This document shows positions 47,215 through 56,300 of a DNA stretch of 64,000 nt, one piece after another. The DNA comes from an uncultured Ignavibacteriales bacterium (GTDB lineage Bacteria; Zixibacteria; MSB-5A5; GN15; FEB-12): assembly GCA_964397415.1 (NCBI GenBank), contig CAYNIJ010000011.1:19197-83196 (forward strand). Direction: 5' to 3'. The notes beneath the pieces were generated by a model that saw only the letters and a program-made list of their open reading frames with translations, was not told the DNA's origin and did no database searches. Made by a program: the position numbers and the translations under genes. The first letter of the stretch is position 1. Every line of letters begins with the position of its first letter.

Positions 47215-47233
47215 GTCATTTCATATAAATGAC
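47215..47233. promoter_or_regulatory. inverted repeat GTCATTT-N5-AAATGAC upstream of the kinase/regulator operon
   Basis: Directly visible, 39-57 nt upstream of the kinase GTG (47176). Confidence 0.25.
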
Positions 47234-47295
47234 AGGATAACCTACTTTTGCGGTTTTGGCAATTGGAGCCTCGGGAAAGTAATGGCGAGTCCCCC

Positions 47296-47346
47296 AAAAA
47301 AAACACGCCCGGCTTCAGGTGTTAGCCTGAGGCCGGGCGGCGTGTG
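47296..47346 (-). terminator. rho-independent terminator after the giant gene
   Basis: On the minus strand: a 16-bp interrupted GC-rich stem (CACG..CCGGGCCTCAGG / CCTGAAGCCGGG..CGTG) followed by T8. Confidence 0.85.
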
Positions 47347-47374
47347 TGCTTAGGAGCAAACTATAATGAGGAAC

Positions 47375-50300
47375 TTACTTCAGGAGTACCATCTTCTTCG
47401 TCGCGGTGAAGTTATCCGCCACCAGACGATAGAAGTAGACACCCGACGCGTACTGCGTGGCATCGAAATCGATCTTCTGGTAACCGGCTTCGGTCCGTTT
47501 GTGCCAGTTGGTGACCTCCTGGCCCAGGACGTTGTAGATGGTCAGCGTCCATTCGCCAGACTTCGGCAACGCGAACTCGATCGTGGTGACCGGGTTGAAC
47601 GGGTTCGGATAGTTCTGCGACAGCGAGTATTCGCTCGGCAGCAGACTGATCTTCGCGTCGACGACATAGCCGTCGTAGCTGCCCAATTCAACCGACTTCA
47701 CGATCTTCGCGCTCTTCAGATACATCACCGGACCGGACTCAATGAAGCCCTTACCAGTTGAGGAGTAGATGAGAACTCGCGTCACTTTGCCGTCATACGC
47801 GGTTTTCAACTCCATCTGAGAAGCGGATTCATGCAGCGTGGGCTCAACCTGACCTTCGAGCACGAGACTCATCGCTCCGATTCGTGCGTCTGTCTTGCCG
47901 ATAGACAGGACACCATCGCTGACCGCGACTTCTGCCTGGTATGCGGCTTGCGGACTCAGCTTCGGTGTCATAGGAATGTCGCCAACCACCGCGCGGATCA
48001 GGTAAACAAGGTCAGCCACGGTTAGCACGAGACCATCGGCGTTGACATCAGTCGCCGCCACTTGACCCGCCTGGTTGACCGTGAAGACGGTTAAACCGCG
48101 AATAAAGTAGTTGGAGAACAGCACTGCGTCAGCGATCTCATAGGCAATTCCATTCAAGTTGACATCGGCACGGGCGTCGATCGAATCGGCGCAGACGATA
48201 TCGACTCCACCATTCTGGAAGTCGATACAACGCTGTGGCCCGGGCTTGCCGGGGCCAGGGCTTTCAAGGCAATAATCCGGAGCGCCCACGTAGCCCGGCA
48301 GGCCAAAGCTGTTATCCTGAATCTGGTTGTGCTCAAAGTCATACACACGACGGGAGATCCAGAGTGTGTCGCCGGCCACCGACGAAAGAGCGTTGTCCGT
48401 ACATTCGATCCAATAGAACTGGATAGGGGCATACATGCACTCCAGAGTGCGATCGTTTGAGACCATAAAGTCGATCTGGGCCATTGAACCGACCAGACCC
48501 TGGAAGAAGCACCCGGGGTGATATGCGCCATTATTGGTCTCGGCCATGCCGACGATACGTATGAGACCGTCAGGACAACCGTCACAATTGCCGCTGGCTC
48601 CATAACGGAAAGTGAAATACTCCCAACCGCACTGCTCAAACAGCGGGCCAGGTTTCACGCCCATTGGCGTAAGCGCGGTCGGATCGTAAGCAATGAGGAA
48701 GTCAAATCCGCCGAGCGGTTTCCCCGAACCATTCATAAAGATGTTGACTGTCTCATGCTGCCCTTGCAGCGCATTGTGAGTCTTCTCGATCTCCACATGC
48801 ATGCACTCATCAACCGTTACTTCGATGCATACTGTATCCACCGTCTGCAGGCCGCAGGCATCGGTCGCTGTTACGTACAGACAATACGTGCCTTTGGCTG
48901 CCACATTGAAACAGACCTGACCGGTTGATGAATTGTAAGTGCCCATCGGCGCCACGTTCACCGAACTCAGATTATTGTCCGGATCGGAGATGGCGATGTC
49001 AAAGCAGAGCGGTCCCACCTGTTCCATGTACGCGGTGAAATTAGGCGGCCCGACAACTACAGGTCGGTTGTTGTAATCAAGAGTTATGACCGTCGTGTCA
49101 TAGTCAACGGCCCCACAGGAATCCGTGGCCTTGATTACGAAGCTATACTGACCGGTCGGCATATCGCCATAGACTGCGTCAAAGCAGATCTTCTTGGTCA
49201 CCGGATTGTAGGTTCCGAGCGGCGACAGCAATTCGACAGACTGCAGATTGAGATCTTCGTCAGCAGCCGCGACATCCCAACAGATGGTCTTGTTGGCACA
49301 GAGGAAGACCGTGCTGTCCGGACCAGAATTGACCACTGGCGGAGCATTGAGCTTGAAGACCACAGTAAAGGAGTCACGACAAGTCGCGCCGCATGCGTCA
49401 GCGCACTCGATGACCACTTTTCTGACTTCGTCAACCGACGGGGTGTACTGCCACTGGCCGCCGCTTATAGAGCCGGGACCGGAAACGATCTGGCAGTTGA
49501 CGAAATTGCCATCAACGTCCGTGGCGGACACCGGCAAGCTGACCTGTGTCGGTGTGCACTGGAAGTATGTAGTGTTAGGCGGAACCTGGCACACGGGCGG
49601 CGAATTGAGCGTCACCTGTATGACCACCGTATCCTGAACTGACACCCCACACTTGTCGACCACCCGCAAAATGAAGGTGTAGGTCCCACTGGTCGCCGGA
49701 GTGAAGCAGATCGTACCGGCACTGTAGGAACCAGTTCCGGACACAACCTTAACGCTGTCGAGATTATTATCCGGATCTGAACCGGATGCCGGCCAGCAGA
49801 TCGGATTCGGAGTACAGACAAAAAGCGTCTGGTCAGGGCCCGCGTTCGCTACTGGCGGGCGGTTCTGATTGACGGTCACGTTGATAGTATCGCGGTCGAC
49901 CGCCCCACAGCCATCGGTCACCTGCACAATGACTGTGTACACGCCAGTTGCTGGAGGAGTGAAGCAGACGGTATTCGCGACCGTGTCAATAGTGCCTCCC
50001 GAGATCACTTGCTCAGCCGTCACATTGTTATTCGGATCAATGACAGTGTACGGCAGACAGATCTGAGTCGACGCGCATTGGAACCGGGTGGTATCATTTC
50101 CAAGTGCTATGATCGGAGCAACGTTCTGCGTCACGTTGTAGGTCATCGCGACCGTATCAGCCGCGCCACATGAGTCGACAACCGCGGCGGTCACCGCATA
50201 AATCCCGGCGGAGTTCGCGGTGAAGCACCAGAGACCACCGGGGGTAACCGTACCGCTACCGCTCAAACGCGACCAGTTCAGGGTGCCACCGTTCACGTCC

Positions 50301-53300
50301 GATGCGGCGAACTGATAACAGATATTAGTTGAAGCACAGATGAAAGTGTCTTTCGGCGATATCGGATCCACAGCTACCGGTCGCGAATTGATGGTCACAT
50401 TCACTGTCACCTGACAGGTGTCACTGCCACAATAATTGCTGGCAATGATCGTCAACGTATACGCTCCGGATGTCGCTGGCGTAAAGCACACATTACCGCC
50501 GCTGTAGGTGCCCGTCGGCGAGACTGTGACAGTCGCGCTACCCGGCGTGACCGTGACCGGCACGCAGATCTGCTGCGACGAGCAGAGGAAGAAGTTCTGA
50601 GTGCCTGGACAGACAACCACCGGAACTTCTCCGATGGTCACTGTCACGTGAATAGTATCCTGGTCGGTCGCACCACAAGCATCGGTGGCTTTCACAATGA
50701 ATGTGTACATACCGGCCGAAGCTGGCGAGAAGCAGACCGTATTGGCGCCTGTATTGATCGTTCCGCTGCCTGACACCAGCTCTTCAAGCGTGACATTGGC
50801 GTTCACGTCGGTAAGCGTATACGGCAGACAGGCCGAACCACCCGGACAGAGCGCGAGTGTCGTATCGTTGCCAAATGCTATGGTCGGCGCCGAGTTAATA
50901 GTCACATTGTAAGTTAGGGTGACAGTATCAGAGGCTCCACACGGATCAGTGACTGCCGCAAGAACCGAATACGCGCCAGTCGCCCCGGCGGTGAAACACC
51001 ACTGGCCGGTCGGCGAGACCGTACCGCTGCCGGTCAACTTACTCCAGGTGAGCGTGCCGCCGTTGATATCGGAGGCCGAGAACTGGTAGCAGATATTAGC
51101 AGAAGCACAAACAAAGGTGTCCTTCGGCGTCGCTGGATTCACCGCGACCGGTCGTGAATTGATCGTCACGTCAGCGACCACCTGGCAGGTGTCCGCGCCA
51201 CAAGTTGTCGCAGCGATGACCGTGAGCACATAATGGCCCGATGTGTCTGCCGGGAATACAATATTCCCTGATGAGTACGAGCCGATGGGTGAGACCGTCA
51301 CAACCGCTCCGGCTCCCATCACGCCAATCGGGACCGAGACATTGCCTGGAGCGCACACGAAGACTGTTTGTGTTCCCGGACAGTTCAACTGGGCTGCCTG
51401 GCCGATTGTGACCAGGAAGCTGATGTTACAGGTGTCCGCTCCACAAGAAGACGACGCTATCACACGAGCCGTATAGGTTCCACTAGTATCGGCATTAAAG
51501 CAGAGCTGTCCGCCGGAATACGTGCCCAGTGTTGTGGTGACAGTCGCCCCTGGAGGCGTTATAGCCAAGGTCTGACAGACTTGGCCGGCACCGCAAAGCG
51601 AGGCGAGAATTGGTCCCGTTGGACATGTGATATCTGCGAAAGTACCGAATGTAATGATCGCGCGAATTGTATCCCGATCACTCAATCCGCATGAATCGGT
51701 GACCGAAACTATGAATTCATACGTCCCGGCAGTGGTCGGTGTGAAACAGACCTTGTTGTTGGCGGAGTCAAGCGTACCGAACCCGGCAGTCAAGACCTCA
51801 GTCAACTTCGCCATACCGTTCGGATCGGATACCGAGTAGCTCATGCACACCTGTTGTGGAGTGCAGAGGAAGAGACTGGTATCCGCGCCAAAGGCGAGTG
51901 ACGGAGCACTGTTCAAAGTAACGGTGATGTTCACCGTGTCCTGATCCGAAGCGCCGCACTGATCGACAGAACGAAGGATGAATGTATACACACCCGAACT
52001 GGCCGGCGTGAAGCAGATGGCGCTGCCATTGTACGTTCCCGGTCCGGAGATCAACTTGCAACTATCGAGATTGCCATTGACATCTGTACACGACACGGGC
52101 CAGCAGATCCAGTCTGGAGTGCACTGGAAGACCGACTGGTCTGGACCGGCGTCGGCAACCGGCGCCGTGTTGATCGTGACGTTAAACGTCAAGTCGCACG
52201 TGTCCGCGCTGCAGGCTGTCGTCGCGATCACTCGGGCATTATAGGTGCCTGATGTCGGAGCGTTGAAACACAACTGGCCACCAGAGTACGTTCCGAGAGT
52301 CGTCGTGACTGTCGCTCCTGCCGGCGCTATCGTCAACGGCTGGCAAACAGTGCCAGGGGCACAGAGGAACTTGGCTAACGGCCCGGTCGGACAGGTAATA
52401 TCCGCAAAAGCTCCGAATGTAATGATCGCTCTGATGGTGTCGCGATCGAACGCGCCACAGGAATCAACGGCGCTGACCACAAAGCTGTACGTGCCCGACG
52501 AAGTCGGCGTAAAGCAGACTTTGTTGTTCGCGGTGTCGATGGTGCCAAAGCCTTCAGTCAGGAACTCCGATATTTTCGCCATGCCATTCGGATCTGAGAC
52601 CGAGTAATTCATGCAGACCTGCGTAGGGGTGCACATAAAGACGCTGGTATCCGCTCCGAGGGCGATCGTGGGAGCACCATTCAAAGTAACGGTGATCTGC
52701 ACGGTATCGACGTTCTGCAAGCCGCAGGCGTCAGTCGCCGTCAGCACGAACGCATATGTACCGGATGAAGCCGGAGTGAAACATATCTGACCACCGGAGT
52801 ACGTACCCGGTCCAGTCATAGTACAACTGCTCAAGTTAGCGTCGGGATCCGAGCATGAGGCTGGCCAGCATATTGATGTAGGCGCGCACTGGAAGATGCT
52901 CTGATTCGGACCCGCGTTGGCAACGGGGGCTGAATTGATCTTCACGTCGACATTGATCGTGTCCATCGCGAAGAGACCGCATTCATCCGTCACCTTGACA
53001 ACGAAAGGATAGATCCCGGTGGCGGTCGGCGTGAAGCACACGCGATTGTTGCCGGTATCCAGAGTGCCGCTGCCAGAGACAAGCGTCACCGTGCGAGGAC
53101 GCGGATCATTGGGGTCAGAGGCTGAGTATGACACGCATATCTGCTGAGGCGAGCAGAGGAAGAACTGGCCGTAGTTTGCAAAGGCGATACTCGGTGCCTG
53201 GTTGATCTTAAACTCAACCGTGAAGTCAGACTGGCACGTCGCACCACAGGCGTCCGTACAGAGAACTGTCACGTTCACGATCTGACTGGCAATAGGCGTA

Positions 53301-56300
53301 TAGCACCAGTTGCCACCTGACAGCGCACCCGGGCCGGAAAGGATCTGACACGAGGTCAGATTGCCATTGACATCCGTCGCACCAACCGGCAAACAGACCT
53401 GCGCCGCGGCGCACTGGAAGATTGTCGTGTCATTGGGTACCTGGCAGATCGGAGCGGAGTTGATCGTGACATTGATGTTCACCGTATCCAGATCAGATGC
53501 TCCACACCCGTCAACAGCCTGGAGGATGAATGTATACAGGCCGGTTCCCGATGGCGTGAAACAGATCTGGCTGCCATTAAAGGACCCCGGTCCGGAGATC
53601 AGCGACGAACTGGCGAGATTTCCGTTTATGTCGGAGGTCGAGGCCGGCCAACAGATCTGTGTCGGCGAACACTGGAACACCGTTTGGTCCGCGCCGGCAT
53701 TGGCGACCGGAGCCGTGTTCAAAGTGTAATAGATAACGACTGTATCGTAACGAATCACTCCACACGCATCCGTCGCCTTCAAAACGAACTCGTAGTTCAA
53801 CGTGCCGGTCGGGGTGAAGCAGATCTGGCTGCCGTTGAAAGTACCCGGGCCAGTTATCATTACAACCGATGCGAGGTTATTGTCGACATCGGTCGCGCCG
53901 GCAGGCCAGCAGATCGGGGCCAGGCCGCACTGGAAGATCGTTTGATCTGGTCCGGCATTCACGACTGGCGCATGATTGATCTGGACAGTGACGTTGATCG
54001 TGTCGAGATCGGTGGCGCCACACGAGTCGGTCACCTGAGCGACAAATGTCAGCATACCGCCTACGCCGGCGGTGAAACAAAGCTGATTCGGATTCAATCC
54101 AATGGTTCCACTGCCCGATACGATGCTCACTCCCTGAACATTATTATTTGGATCACTCACCGCGAATGGCAGGCAAACCGTGGAAGGAGTACAAACGAAG
54201 ATAGTAGTGTCGTTACCCAGGGCGATGGTCGGCGCGGAGTTCATGGCGACATTGTAGGTCATACTGACGGTATCAGCGGCGCTGCATGAGTCCGCGACTT
54301 TCGCCACAATACTGTAAGTACCACTTGAACTCGCGGTGAAGCACCACTGACCGGACGAACTGACTGTTCCCGCACCGGACAGCCTGCTCCACGTCAAAGG
54401 GCCGCCATTGACATCCGAGGCCGTAAACTGGCGACAGATGTTCGCGGTCGAGCAGACAAACGTATCAATGGTGGCCGGTGGATTAGTCGCCACAGGGGCT
54501 GAGTTTATGACCACGTTGACCTGAAGATTACAGGAATCGACTCCGCATGGTGTGGTCGCCTTGACCTTCAGGATATAGGTGCCGGAAGTATCCGCGTTAA
54601 AGCAGACATTTCCTGACGAGTAGGTTCCGATCGGAGTGATCTGCCAGGTGGCACTCATCGCGCCGCCTACCGGTATGCAAATCTGTCCAGGGGCACAGAT
54701 GAATTTCGTCTGAGTACCCGGACAGACCAGGTTAGGATCTGGGGTGATCGTAATGTTGAATGAAATGTCACACGTATCAGCACCGCACGGAGCAGTAGCG
54801 ATAAGCCTTATGACATAGTGCCCGGCGGTGTCGGCTGTAAAGCAGAGATTGCCGCCAGAATATGTTCCATAGGACGCAGTAACCGTCGCCGTCGGTGGCG
54901 TGATCGCTATGGCCTGACAAACCTGACCGCCTGCGCAACCAGTAATGTTGATTGCCGATGGCGGACAGGTGATCGTCGCTACCTGACCGAATGATACGAT
55001 CGCATTGATCGTGTCACGATCCGAGGCGCCGCACGAATCGGTTACCGACGTTATGAACTGGTAAGTGCCGGAAGAAGCCGGGGTAAAGCAGATTCGGTTG
55101 TTGACAGTATCTATAGTGCCATACCCCGAGATCATTGACTCTGTCAATTTCGCCAGTCCCTGCGGATCAGACACGCTATAGCTCAGGCATATCTGCTGCG
55201 GAGTACAAGTGGAGACAGTCGTATCATTGCCGAACGCAATGGTTGGGGCTCCGTTGATAGACACATTGTAAGTCAGAGTAGTCGTATCCGCCGCGCCGCA
55301 GGAATCGGCAACCATGACCACCACTGAATATGCGCCATTGCCGCTTGGGGTGAAACACCAGTTGCCACCGGTCGTGACGGTCCCTGCGCCTGATAGTTTG
55401 GTCCAGGTCAATGGATTGCCATTGGGGTCTGTCGCCGTAAACAAGTAGCAGATCTGGCTGTTTGTGCACAGGAACAGGGCCGCTGGGGTCATCGGATTGA
55501 CAGCAACCGGTGCTCCGTTGAGCCCGATAGTATAGGTGATCGATGTCGTGTCTTTGAGACCGCACGGATCAGTTACTGTTACTGTCGCGGTGTAGTTTCC
55601 GGGAGCAGCGGGCGTGAAGCAGTAGAGTCCGCCCGACGTGATTGACCCGGGACCGGAGAGCATCGCCCAGGTAAGTGTCCCGCCGTTGACATCCGATGCA
55701 GTGAACGTGTAACACTGCTGTGTAAGGCTGCACAAGAACTTGGACTGTGCAGGCGGATTCGTAGCCACAGGCGCACTGTTGATTGTCACTGTAATATTGA
55801 ACGTATCCTGGTCGAATGCGCCGCATGAGTCGGTGGCCCGCACTATGAAAGTGTTCGTCCCCGACATGGTCGGAGTGAAGCAGACCTGGTTTCCAACCAG
55901 GCTCCCCGGACCGGAGATCAGTTGCTTGGTCTGAATATTGTCGTTCGGGTCTGAGAAAGAGATCGTTTTGCAGATCTGACTGGCGACACACTGGAAGACA
56001 CTTGAGTCAGCGCCGGCGTTGACAACCGGCGGCTGATTCATGGTCACGGTTACAAACATTGTGTCGGCGCCGGAGTGGGTGCAATGGTCGCTGGCAAATA
56101 CGATCACGCGATAAGTTCCGGCAGTATCCGCCGGGAAGCAGATGTCAGCGGCTGACGGCGAAGGAGCATATCTGGCGGCCACCGCATCGATGCGGAAGGT
56201 GCCGGTGAGACCCTTGATGTACACTTGATTGAAAAGCACATGGTCGGGCAGGTCCACCGTGATACCGCCCGTTCCGGAACCGCTTGAACTTGCCGCGATC

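Noticed and set aside
48815-56150. Whether the repeat array could be a diversity-generating retroelement target, or could be mistaken for a CRISPR-like array.
   Set aside because: The window contains no reverse transcriptase and no template repeat outside the gene. The repeats are in-frame coding modules of ~250-280 nt with diverged sequence, not short identical repeats separated by spacers.
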